A model generated the notes under the pieces. That model was not told the DNA's origin. It was given only the letters and a program-made list of their open reading frames with translations, and did no database searches. The position numbers were made by a program, and so were the translations under genes. Of a DNA stretch of 32,229 bases, positions 8,399 through 16,431 are shown in pieces (within the stretch, counting starts at the first letter, position 1; each line of letters begins with the position of its first letter). This DNA is from a virus (taxonomy: Duplodnaviria; Heunggongvirae; Uroviricota; Caudoviricetes). The DNA lies in IMG/VR virus record IMGVR_UViG_2529292920_000016, one strand, 5' to 3'.

Positions 8399-8673
8399 AT
8401 GGAGACTGTTTTTGACGCACTGAAAGCAATGGGAAAAGCCACATCCATAGAACTTGCTGCGCGCGTGAAGAAGTGCTGAACGAACTATGGGAACTGAAAA
8501 AGGCTGGTTTTGTTGATAAAAGCGCGTACACCTGGCGTGTGGCTGATAACAACGTTCAGCAGGAACAGCCAGCGCAGGCAGAACTGCCGGAAGAAACCAC
8601 CACAATGAGTGAAGTTATGCAGCGCATACTGGCATTTTATCAGGGAAATGTTCGATATTTTAGACGTTACTAG
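8399..8673 (+). pseudogene. DUF1627-like winged-helix gene split by a frameshift
   Basis: GGAGG RBS, then ATG 8399 gives [26 protein letters not shown] (stop at 8477). It continues in another frame as [19 protein letters not shown]... to 8673. One missing base near 8465 would join the two pieces. Confidence 0.55.
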
Positions 8674-9045
8674 ATTAAAGAGCATTAGTTCAGATGTGAA
8701 TTGACATTGTGTGGCACAGGGTTGGGCTAGCGTGGGGGTTTGCTTTGTGTAAGAAACGGATGCTCTGCAAATTACTACTAATGCTTAATGTTAGTCTGAT
8801 CTGCTCCCCGATGATTAATACACCGCTATGTTAGTAATGTCTGTAGATCGCTGTGTGTTGCATCCATCGGTTGACCCCACAGTCCAAACCAGACTGTCAG
8901 CTTTGATTCGATTCTATCTACTCAACCTGTCAGGTAATGTCTGAGCTAATACACAGAGTACGGCTATCGCGAACTTTAAGCTAGGTATCTGATACGCACC
9001 GTTCACTTGGTCGTACTTCTTGCACTGACTAGCTATCGTGCGCAG

Positions 9046-9094
9046 TTATTTATAGGTAATCTCCAGTGTATAATTTTCCAACTTATGGGAGATT
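9046..9094 (+). promoter_or_regulatory. Promoter with flanking inverted repeat for the 280-aa gene
   Basis: TATAAT at 9069-9074 is directly preceded by TG. There is a weak -35, TTATTT, at 9046-9051. Inverted repeat AATCTCC (9058-9064) / GGAGATT (9088-9094) brackets the -10 and start site. Confidence 0.55.
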
Positions 9095-9112
9095 GTAAAA
9101 CAGGAGGAATAT

Positions 9113-9955
9113 ATGAGGAAAAAATCGTTTGGACGTTGCCCGTTTGATTTCGACGAAGATGTAAAAAAAATAGCCGCGATAAATAAATATATCCATGCGA
9201 AATTTGAGAGGCATAAAAATAAAATAGATAACCTAAAGGGGGTGGAACAAAAATTGATGGTTTTACATTACTTTAATGTACTGAATGAACTTAGTAATCA
9301 GGCTATATTTTCTTTGAGTACCGGAGCCTTTTCAGCATCGGAAGTATTAACTAGAGTTATAATGGAACAGGCTGCCAATCAATTTTATATAGCAATTGAT
9401 GATGGAAAAAATGCACAAGCATTACTCAAGGGTAGTAAGAAATTAGTTCATAGTAATGGGAAACGGTGGCTGGAGTGTTTAAAATCCAAAGAAATGACTA
9501 ATCCAGCAGCAGATGAAAGGATTCGTATCGGAAAAGAGCTAACTGATATGTTTAATAGATTGTGGCCAAATACACCTGAATATCCTGGAACCAAAAAGCT
9601 TTTCGAAGTAATTGGCTGGGAAACACACTATCATGCCTATTACGTCCCTCTTTGTGATTCAATACATACATTCTCTGATGATATGGCAAATATAGTATCT
9701 CTATATAATGCAATCCAAAGCGATAAAACTACTGCTATCGAACTCACTCTTGCAGTTAAACAAGAAAATAAACGGCTGGCAATTTATAATGTCGTAATTG
9801 CTATTGGCCTGCGGTGTGAGGCCTTAGTAAATGTATTTAACTCTTTAGGTTATCGAGATATTATAACTGAAATGGCGCCAACAATAGATGCAGTCAACCA
9901 GATTATAATTCGATATGATGATTTCGAACATTCCAGAATTTTTTATTGTCAATAA
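9113..9955 (+). CDS. Orphan 280-aa helical protein of unknown function (cargo gene)
   Basis: AGGAGG RBS at 9102-9107. Long uninterrupted ORF, visibly AT-rich relative to the backbone. I recognise no TM segment and no nucleotide-binding or nuclease motif. Confidence 0.8.
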   Translation: MRKKSFGRCPFDFDEDVKKIAAINKYIHAKFERHKNKIDNLKGVEQKLMVLHYFNVLNELSNQAIFSLSTGAFSASEVLTRVIMEQAANQFYIAIDDGKNAQALLKGSKKLVHSNGKRWLECLKSKEMTNPAADERIRIGKELTDMFNRLWPNTPEYPGTKKLFEVIGWETHYHAYYVPLCDSIHTFSDDMANIVSLYNAIQSDKTTAIELTLAVKQENKRLAIYNVVIAIGLRCEALVNVFNSLGYRDIITEMAPTIDAVNQIIIRYDDFEHSRIFYCQ

Positions 9956-10060
9956 TTAATTGGCAGAATTCGTACATGCACAACAACTAGTTATAGTTGA
10001 CCTATTTCGCTCTTGAGAGACAACCATACTCAAATCTTCCACATTGCAGGAGATTTGAGT

Positions 10061-10581
10061 ATGAATACGTCACCGAGGAACAAAGACAGTATCATAGGCC
10101 CAAAAAGACCACTTCAGATATCTCATATCTGGGGGCTCCAAATCCGGCTTGAACTGGAAGGTAAAACGCGTGATTTAGCTCGGTTTCAAGCAGAGCTACG
10201 GTGCTGCAACTGAAAAACTGGCAGTCCTATCCAATTTGAGATAACCAAAGGGACAAGAGAAGCTGTTTCTGCATTGATAAAGCTTGGCAATTTACGCAGT
10301 AAAGACTACTTGTTCCGATCTCGGGTCGGTACTAACCAACACATATCAATCCTGCAATATAACCGAATCTTTCATAGGGGGGAGAAAAGCTTGGTCTCGA
10401 AGATTCGCTTTACAGCACACATTCCATGAGAAGAACAAAACCTTGCCTTGTCTGCAAGAAAACTAAGAATCTCCGGGTGATCCAACTTCCGTTGGGCCAT
10501 AAGAAAACGGAAAGCACAGTTCGTTATCTGGGTATAGAAGTTGATGATGCATTAGAGATCTCTGAATCGATCGAAGTCTAA
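10061..10581 (+). pseudogene. Degraded short tyrosine recombinase
   Basis: GGAG RBS, then MNTSPRNKDSIIGPKRPL.... In-frame TGA at 10211 next to an apparent internal deletion. Frameshift in the G6 run at 10377-10382. The tail reads THSMRRTK...LGHKKTESTVRYLGIEVDDALEISESIEV*. Confidence 0.7.
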
Positions 10582-10993
10582 AGCTGTCAGGGCTGCAGCA
10601 GCAGCCCTGTGCCAAGAGCGTACCAATATATGTCTCAAAAAATTGGGCACAGGTCAATATCAATACCAACAACTCTGATTGTGCTCATGTGATTTACTCC
10701 TGTAGAAAACGCAGACAGTAAAAATATTTCACTGGCTGCTTCAGACAGGGCGTCCATCATATCATTACATAACAATAGCGGGGCACGATATCTAGACATG
10801 CAGCAACGATGGACATAGAATGAGTACAATCAAAAGCATGTTTAACTACTTTAATTTAAAAATCTTAGAATCTTAGGTGTAGAGTTCAATACTTAGTTAC
10901 ATACCCTTTTGAAAGCATCACAAATCATAACTATGAGCCTGTTAAAGGCATAGGTATTCTTAATTAAGAGCATTTTAATGAGAGAAAAATAAA

Positions 10994-12367
10994 ATGAAAA
11001 GACTATATTATACCCATCATGATAGTCGAACCTTAAAACTTGCTATAGAAGGTGATGTTTCTGATAATGCGAATATTTTTACAGTAATTGTAGGTAAAAA
11101 TGGCGTTGGAAAAAGCAGATTGTTATCTCAGATTGCTAAAGACTGTATTCAAGATATTCATTTCTTGAAAACTTTTAATCCATTATTTGACAGAGAAATA
11201 ACACCAAAGTTAATTGCCGTATCTACCAGCCCATTCGATAAATTCCCTCCAGGGCGTAGGTCATTAAATCACCAAAGGAAAGAAAATAATTATCGCTATG
11301 TGGGTATGCGTGGAGAAGGCCCCTTCGGCGTATCAAATGCCGTATCCCTTTTATCTTCAGCAGCGAGAGGTTGGCTAGAGAAACTTGCTTATTCAGAAAA
11401 TCCTGCAAATTTACTCGATGTTTTTCATTCTATTGATTTTGAGCCCCATATAGAGTTTGTATTTAAACCAACTTACAACGGACCGGACACTCCTGACTAT
11501 AACTTCATTGGTGTATATTCAGATGAGATATTAACGGAAGTTAAGGAGTTATATTTAAAATACAATATAAAAATTGACAGGAAGAATATTGAGAGTCTCT
11601 TAAAGTTAAACTCCGAATCACGTCATGATATTTACGAAGCACTGGTTGAAATTAATCGATTTGAACCTGAACGTAGGGCTGTAACCTTGTCAGTCGATTT
11701 TACCAATGGTGAAACATTGGTTGGCTCGACTTATGCGAATAATTATTTTTCTAGATCAATTCTTAAACTTATGAACGCTGGCTTCATGAGATTGATGGAT
11801 ATGCGACTCATAAAAAAAAGCTATGGTCCCATGTCACTTAAACGTGCGAGCTCGGGAGAACAATGTTTATTAGTGATGTTGCTTGGAATTGCAGGGCATA
11901 TAACTGATGGTTCTATAATACTAATTGATGAACCGGAAATAAGCTTGCATCCTCGATGGCAGGAAGAGTTTATCATTATGTTAACAAAAGCATTTTTAAC
12001 TTACTCAGGTTGTCAATTCATAATTGCAACTCATTCACCACAAATAATATCCAATTTGCCGAATAAAGGTTGTTATATAACATCTTTGTCGAAAAGTTAT
12101 CTTTATAAAGCAAAATACTTTAGCAACCGGTCTGCAGACTATCAACTTGCGGAACTATTTGATGCCCCTGGCATTATGAATGAATACATTGCCAGATTAG
12201 CTTTCAATTTACTTTCAAAAGTTAAGACTGCTAAGTTAGTAACAGATGATAATTGGCGTGAATTAAAACAACTCCAGCTTCTCCTTGAAAACGTTAATAG
12301 TAATGACCCTATTAATGAACTCGTAAATTCCGTATCTCAGGTGTGTGAAATTTATGCCAAAAATTAA
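10994..12367 (+). CDS. ABC/SMC-type ATPase, Septu PtuA-like
   Basis: Walker A GKNGVGKS (aa 34-41), signature-like ASSGEQ, Walker B IILIDEPEISLH and ATHSPQ His-loop. There is a long helical insert between Walker A and the signature. AT-rich. Confidence 0.8.
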   Translation: MKRLYYTHHDSRTLKLAIEGDVSDNANIFTVIVGKNGVGKSRLLSQIAKDCIQDIHFLKTFNPLFDREITPKLIAVSTSPFDKFPPGRRSLNHQRKENNYRYVGMRGEGPFGVSNAVSLLSSAARGWLEKLAYSENPANLLDVFHSIDFEPHIEFVFKPTYNGPDTPDYNFIGVYSDEILTEVKELYLKYNIKIDRKNIESLLKLNSESRHDIYEALVEINRFEPERRAVTLSVDFTNGETLVGSTYANNYFSRSILKLMNAGFMRLMDMRLIKKSYGPMSLKRASSGEQCLLVMLLGIAGHITDGSIILIDEPEISLHPRWQEEFIIMLTKAFLTYSGCQFIIATHSPQIISNLPNKGCYITSLSKSYLYKAKYFSNRSADYQLAELFDAPGIMNEYIARLAFNLLSKVKTAKLVTDDNWRELKQLQLLLENVNSNDPINELVNSVSQVCEIYAKN

Positions 12368-12983
12368 AAATCCAATTAGATTCAGCGCAGAGTCATTAGA
12401 TATTATTGAGAAAAAATTGTCTTCTCCAGATTTTAAGCATACCAACTGGGGAGATGATGATTTGCAAGTTCTCCGTGCAGAAATTAGAAATCATTACAGA
12501 GAAGAACAAAAGCTAGAATGTGTATATTGTCATGAGCCTATTGGGGTAAGAGCTGCACAAGCTGCTCCTATAGAGCATATTGTGCCAAAATCTCAATATC
12601 TATGTTTTATTTTTGAACCTAAGAATCTATGTGTAGTATGTCCTGACTGCAATGAATTCAAAGGTAAAAATGAAGTGTTATTTGAACCCGTAATAAATGG
12701 GGGGCGGCGCAAAAACTATCCAACTGCATCTGCATCATTTCGCATCGTTCATCCACATATAGATGATTATGAGATGCATATTATAAAAGCAAATCGTGTT
12801 TATGTGGACAAAACACCTAAAGGGCACTATACCATTGGAATATGTAAACTAAATAGATTTTTTCATTATTTTGGGATGTGTGATGAATTTGTTAATGATG
12901 CAAAAATTGCTGAGGCAAATGAAAATTTTTTCAAAAAGGTAGTATTACTACTAATGAATTATTGGATGATGACATTCATTTGA
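12354..12983 (+). CDS. HNH endonuclease, Septu PtuB-like
   Basis: ATG 12354 (or GTG 12345) overlaps the ATPase stop. HNH motif: CVYCHEP...IEHIVPKS...NLCVVCPDCNEFKG. Confidence 0.8.
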   Translation: MPKIKNPIRFSAESLDIIEKKLSSPDFKHTNWGDDDLQVLRAEIRNHYREEQKLECVYCHEPIGVRAAQAAPIEHIVPKSQYLCFIFEPKNLCVVCPDCNEFKGKNEVLFEPVINGGRRKNYPTASASFRIVHPHIDDYEMHIIKANRVYVDKTPKGHYTIGICKLNRFFHYFGMCDEFVNDAKIAEANENFFKKVVLLLMNYWMMTFI

Positions 12984-13242
12984 TTTAACTATGAATTATT
13001 ATATTGTAAAGTAATCAGGTAAGATATGTTAGACAGTGAGACTATTGCCTTACAGAATTCATTATTCTTATGGATCGCCTTTCTGACTGATTTCATATTG
13101 GCGGGGTAACGGGAGTTAAGTAGAATGGCTGCGGGTGCTTGAGGCTATCTGTCTCAGGCATGAACACCAAAGGCAGATAGAGAAAAGCCCCAGTTAACAT
13201 TACGCGTCCTGCAAGACGCTTAACATTAATCTGAGGCCAATT

Positions 13243-14331
13243 TCATGCTAGACACATGTAGGTTAGCCTCTTACGTGCCGGAAGGCAAGGAGATGTATGG
13301 GTCCACCACATATTGCAATTTTTATTCTCTTTTAAAATATATTCCACGGGCGTCATTAGTGCGAGCGCCTTGTGGGGTCTTTTGCTGTTATACAGCACCA
13401 GATATTCCGCCAGCTTCTGGTTAAATAGCGCCAGATCTTCAAAGAGTAAAATCTCATTAAATTCAATAAACTGCTCTCTTAACGTCCGGTTAAAACGTTC
13501 ACAGATAGCGTTCATTTTTGGCGTGTAGGGATAGGTCCAGAGGTGTTTGATAGCGGCTTCCTGCAGCGTTTTGTCGAAGTTTCCCAGGAACTCTTTTCCG
13601 TTATCTGTGATTATCTGGCTGATACCGACCGGGAACAACCGGGCTGCGCGGCTGAAGAAGTGATTGACGATATCACTGTTGAGTGACGGCACAGCCAGCG
13701 CCAGCGCGTAATTGCTGCATTCGTCGATCATGGTGATGACATAGCGACGCAGTTCGCCCATTCTGAGCTCAATGGCGTCCATCCCAATGAGCTCACCTGT
13801 CTTTACCGGGCGGTAGTGCTTTGGCCTGCGGGGTTTGGCAGACCGCTTTTTGACAAGCAGTGCCTTCCCCCGCGATCCCAGACGCACAGGTATCATCCGC
13901 ATTTTATCATGTGCGGCAGCGATCATTCTGCCGATGGTGGAAACACTCGGACAGGCCAGATAGCGCTGTTCGCACCAGGGCTTCAGGCGAACAAAAATCT
14001 GCTCTTTACCGAGGTTCGGCAGCTCTGTCCTGAGGCGTCGAATCTCTTTCAGCACATCGGGATGCCAGTGTTTTTTTCGTCGCACCAGAGGTGCCTTACT
14101 GTGCGGGATTAGCCCCTCAGGTCCTTCCTTGTTCAGTAACTGACGCCACCAGTAAAGCGTGCGGCAGGACACGCCAAAGGCTTCAGAAGCTGCAGAAATA
14201 CCGTGTTTATCCCAGAAGTGCAGAGCCTTCATTCTCATTGTTGCTATATCAGCCATCACTGAAAGCCTCAACGCATAATCGGCCGTTTGGTAGTACTTAG
14301 GATAGCCAACCATCAGATGCTGCATTTGCAT
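13243..14331 (-). CDS. DDE (rve-type) transposase, IS481-like single-ORF architecture
   Basis: 362-aa ORF with an N-terminal HTH. DDE candidates are GMDAIE, ITDNGKEF and NAICERFNRTL. The family guess is from architecture only. Confidence 0.75.
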   Translation of the reverse strand: MQMQHLMVGYPKYYQTADYALRLSVMADIATMRMKALHFWDKHGISAASEAFGVSCRTLYWWRQLLNKEGPEGLIPHSKAPLVRRKKHWHPDVLKEIRRLRTELPNLGKEQIFVRLKPWCEQRYLACPSVSTIGRMIAAAHDKMRMIPVRLGSRGKALLVKKRSAKPRRPKHYRPVKTGELIGMDAIELRMGELRRYVITMIDECSNYALALAVPSLNSDIVNHFFSRAARLFPVGISQIITDNGKEFLGNFDKTLQEAAIKHLWTYPYTPKMNAICERFNRTLREQFIEFNEILLFEDLALFNQKLAEYLVLYNSKRPHKALALMTPVEYILKENKNCNMWWTHTSPCLPARKRLTYMCLA

Positions 14332-14387
14332 AGTGCAATCTCCCCTTACTTATCCGGAGGCAATTGCAATATCTCTGTGAACTTACA
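13257..14387 (-). mobile_element. Insertion sequence (boundaries approximate)
   Basis: Candidate terminal inverted repeats are TGTAGGTT at 13257 and the reverse complement of AACTTACA, ending at 14387. I found no clear target duplication, so the ends are uncertain. Confidence 0.5.
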
Positions 14388-14402
14388 CAGGAGAAGCAGG
14401 CT

Positions 14403-14558
14403 ATGAAGCAGCAAAAGGCGATGTTAATCGCCCTGATCGTCATCTGTTTAACCGTCATAGTGACGACACTGGTAACGAGGAAAGACCTCTGCGAGGTACG
14501 AATCCGAACCGGCCAGACGGAGGCCGCTGTCTTCACAGCTTACGAACCTGAGGAGTAA
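14403..14558 (+). CDS. hokD: Hok-family membrane toxin (HokD/RelF-like)
   Basis: The 51-aa product MKQQKAMLIALIVICLTVIVTTLVTRKDLCEVRIRTGQTEAAVFTAYEPEE is near-identical to HokD as recalled. GGAG RBS. Confidence 0.85.
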   Translation: MKQQKAMLIALIVICLTVIVTTLVTRKDLCEVRIRTGQTEAAVFTAYEPEE

Positions 14559-14626
14559 GAGACCCGGCGAGGGAGAAATCCCTCGCCACCTCTGATGTGG
14601 CAGGCATCCTCAACGCACCCGCACTT

Positions 14627-14656
14627 AACCCGCTTCGGCGGGTTTTTGTTTTTATT
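14627..14656 (+). terminator. Rho-independent terminator of the hok transcript
   Basis: AACCCGC-TTCG-GCGGGTT stem followed by TTTTGTTTTTATTTT. Confidence 0.8.
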
Positions 14657-14774
14657 TTCAACGCGTTTGAAGTTCTGGACGGCGCCGGAATAGAATCAAA
14701 AATACTTAAGTAGCGCGCAGGGATAAGAGGGATGGTCCCTTAAAGGGGAGAGCTAATTATCCGGAAGGATTCTG

Positions 14775-15026
14775 ATGATGAACATCGAAGAACTGCGTAA
14801 AATTTTTTGTGAAGATGGCCTCTATGCTGTGTGCGTTGAAAATGGAAATCTTGTTAGTCATTACCGCATTATGTGTTTGCGAAAGAATGGGGCTGCGTTA
14901 ATTAATTTTGTGGATGGTCGAGTGACAGACGGATTTATCTTGCGCGAAGGTGAGTTTGTCACTTCATTACAGGCACTGAAAGAGATCGGAATAAAAGCAG
15001 GCTTTTCAGCTTTTGCAGAAGAATAA
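14775..15026 (+). CDS. rem: Rem-like small nin-region protein
   Basis: 83-aa ORF with a GGAAGG RBS. Its position next to hokD and upstream of ydfU is as in Qin. Identity to Rem is from memory. Confidence 0.6.
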   Translation: MMNIEELRKIFCEDGLYAVCVENGNLVSHYRIMCLRKNGAALINFVDGRVTDGFILREGEFVTSLQALKEIGIKAGFSAFAEE

Positions 15027-15092
15027 ACTCATCTACAATCTTGCGCGGGGCTGAACTCCCGCTGAGTAACACCGTGCCACCGGAGAAAACCG

Positions 15093-15371
15093 ATGGCACG
15101 CAACGTAAAATATTACAATTCTGATAATTCGCCCGTTCTTGCCTGCACGCACGAGCGGTATTCTCACGCATTCAAGTCTGAATGGTTCCAACACCCTCCA
15201 TGTACTGAAGAGCAGGCTGAATGGACAATTCAGTGTTACCGCAGGCGCGGATACGAGGTTAAGAAAGCCCTCAGCCTCGATTATCGTCACTGGATAATCT
15301 ATGTCAGGCTCCCTTATTCCGAACGCTCACCGCGCCCATCCCGCACATACCAGCAACGGATCTGGAGGTAA
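15093..15371 (+). CDS. Hypothetical 92-aa protein
   Basis: GGAGAA RBS before ATG 15093. Its last codons contain the GGAGG RBS of the next gene, so the two are translationally coupled. No family recognised. Confidence 0.55.
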   Translation: MARNVKYYNSDNSPVLACTHERYSHAFKSEWFQHPPCTEEQAEWTIQCYRRRGYEVKKALSLDYRHWIIYVRLPYSERSPRPSRTYQQRIWR

Positions 15372-15372
15372 C

Positions 15373-16431
15373 GTGCGGATATTACTTCGACCTGTTCTGG
15401 TACCGGAACTTGGGCTGGTGGTCCTTAGGCCGGGCCGTGAATCCATGCAAGTATTTCATAACCCTCGAGTGCTGGTGGAGCCTGAACCGAAAAGCATGCG
15501 CGGTCTGCCGTCCGGAGTCGTCCCTGCCGTTCGCCAGCCGCTGGCGGAGGATAAATCATTACTGCCATTTTTCAGCGATGAGCGGGTGATTCGTGCTGCT
15601 GGCGGCGCTGGGGCACTGTCTGACTGGCTGTTGCGTCATGTCAAATCCTGCCAGTGGCCTCATGGTGACTATCATCACAGTGAAATCGTCATACATCGTT
15701 ACGGTACCGGCGCGATGGTGTTGTGCTGGCACTGCGACAACCAGTTGCGTGACCAGACATCCGAATCACTCGGGCAACTTGCTCATCAAAACCTGTCAGC
15801 ATGGATGATTGACGTCATACGCCATGCAGTGAATGGCACGCAGGAGCGGGAATTATCGCTGGCTGAATTGTGCTGCTGGGCTTCTGTAAATGATGTAGTG
15901 GATGCCATGACCGAAAATATGGCGCGTCGAATCCTGAAGCTTCCGGGTGAAAAAATCCGCTCAGTATACCGCGAGAGCGACATCGTACCGGGAGAGCAGA
16001 CCGCCATCAGCATACTGAAGCAGCGCACAAAAAATATTGCGCCGTTGCCTCACGCCCACCAGCAACAGAATCCACCACAGGAAAAGACGGTGGTCAGCAT
16101 TGCCGTTGATCCGGAGTCACCGGCTCAGTATCTCCAGCGCCAGAAACCACAACGGGAAGAGATGCCTGTATACACGCGCTGGGTAAAAACGCAGAAATGC
16201 ATGACGTGTGGCAATCAGGCAGATGATCCGCATCACATCATTGGTCATGGACTGGGAGGGATGGGAACAAAGGCTGATGATTTGTTTGTTATTCCGCTGT
16301 GCCGTAAATGCCATAGCGAACTACACGCCGGGGTAAAAGATTTTGAAGAAAAACACGGCAGCCAGCTGTTGTTGCTGATTCGTTTTTTAATGCACGCGAG
16401 AAATTCGGGTGTCCTGAAGTGGAAAGCATGA
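15373..16431 (+). CDS. ydfU: YdfU-like DUF968 protein with HNH-like Cys/His module
   Basis: GTG 15373 follows GGAGG. The N-terminus VRILLRPVLVPELGLVVL matches YdfU as recalled. C-terminal motif: CMTCG...DDPHHIIGHG...IPLCRKCHSELH. Confidence 0.75.
   Translation: MRILLRPVLVPELGLVVLRPGRESMQVFHNPRVLVEPEPKSMRGLPSGVVPAVRQPLAEDKSLLPFFSDERVIRAAGGAGALSDWLLRHVKSCQWPHGDYHHSEIVIHRYGTGAMVLCWHCDNQLRDQTSESLGQLAHQNLSAWMIDVIRHAVNGTQERELSLAELCCWASVNDVVDAMTENMARRILKLPGEKIRSVYRESDIVPGEQTAISILKQRTKNIAPLPHAHQQQNPPQEKTVVSIAVDPESPAQYLQRQKPQREEMPVYTRWVKTQKCMTCGNQADDPHHIIGHGLGGMGTKADDLFVIPLCRKCHSELHAGVKDFEEKHGSQLLLLIRFLMHARNSGVLKWKA

Noticed and set aside
8674-9112. Retron msr/msd or a type III (ToxI-like) repeat antitoxin upstream of the 280-aa gene.
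   Set aside because: There is no reverse transcriptase (no YxDD/LPQG motifs) anywhere nearby. The repeats are short and imperfect rather than a clean tandem array. The 280-aa protein does not resemble ToxN/AbiQ. It is kept only as an unexplained segment.
9911-9931. HEPN-like R-x5-H (RYDDFEH) at the C-terminus of the 280-aa protein.
   Set aside because: It lies 7 residues from the end, and there is no conserved Asn or polar residue after the Arg. The placement is atypical for a HEPN helix, so it is not used as evidence.
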